From Fistulifera solaris (taxonomy: Eukaryota), in the NCBI GenBank assembly GCA_030295235.1, contig AP026159.1, forward strand, positions 1 through 64,000: a stretch of 64,000 nt of DNA, written 5' to 3'. Below, one piece after another: positions 63,489 to 64,000 of this stretch. Position numbers and translations under genes: made by a program. The notes below the pieces were generated by a model. That model searched no databases, had not been told where the DNA came from, and saw nothing but the letters and a program-made list of their open reading frames with translations. The stretch's first letter is position 1; each line of letters starts with the position of its first letter.

Positions 63489-63908
63489 TTAACTTTGATA
63501 AGTAGTCGTTCCGCTAAATTTAATTGAAGCTGGATTTGGATTTTTACCAATTGAAAATTGACGACTATTTACTGCTGATCTACCAGGGTTTACTTTCTCC
63601 GGAAATACGCCATCTTTAGGATGTAGGTACTGAACTTCGCCGCTCGGGAAGATACGATAGATTTTGTAATCGTTAATTTTAAAAGTACGTAGCTGAGTTC
63701 CAAGTGCTAAACATTGTTCTTTTCGCGCTAAATACAATAAGTTTTCGCCATTACGCATAATCGCTGCGCCACCAGTTGGCATTTCAAAGATCTGTTCTTT
63801 TGGACTAGTCCAAGTAATCGCATACTTCTCTTCAACTTCAGCCGCACGTAACCAGCCGCCAGTACTTCCACCAAAAGTGGGAAACGGTGTTTGTAAATTT
63901 AATGTCAT
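63489..63908 (-). CDS. psaD: Photosystem I subunit II
   Basis: [22 protein letters not shown]. Confidence 0.98.
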   Translation of the reverse strand: MTLNLQTPFPTFGGSTGGWLRAAEVEEKYAITWTSPKEQIFEMPTGGAAIMRNGENLLYLARKEQCLALGTQLRTFKINDYKIYRIFPSGEVQYLHPKDGVFPEKVNPGRSAVNSRQFSIGKNPNPASIKFSGTTTYQS

Positions 63909-64000
63909 CTGTAAAACTTTATAAATGTTTAACGTTCACTATATAATTTTAATAAAAAAAACTTTTTTTTATTAAAATTATCAAAATTCTAGCGGAGAAT

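Overview
AT-rich segment of a diatom (red-lineage, probably raphid pennate) plastid genome. It runs from clpC through the ribosomal-protein/tufA/rpoA/secY cluster, dnaK/groEL, psb28, syfB, rps4, psbA, ccs1, ycf46, secA and rbcR, one rRNA operon, ycf89, ycf45, ftsH, chlI, petB/D and psaD. Many essential genes are broken by 1-nt indels in homopolymer runs, which points to unpolished long-read errors rather than true pseudogenes. Three accessory islands interrupt the core. (1) 21.8-25.2 kb: a decayed plasmid-like relic with a serine resolvase, a Rep-like ORF, a second Rep fragment, a palindrome cluster and small ORFs. (2) 30.2-32.8 kb: a Rep fragment, then a signal-peptide-bearing ORF with a PD-(D/E)xK-like nuclease C-terminus, followed by pentapeptide-repeat genes interleaved with orphan copies of the nuclease tail. 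(3) 48.2-53.2 kb: three divergent RelE/HigB-like RNase domains, each directly followed by a paralogous acidic gene, with a decayed copy of the ycf89 3' end lying between the two sub-clusters. Islands 2 and 3 have the architecture of bacterial polymorphic toxin-immunity loci. I infer that this plastid carries a plasmid-delivered toxin/immunity system. The family assignments come from motif recognition by eye and need HMM or structure confirmation.
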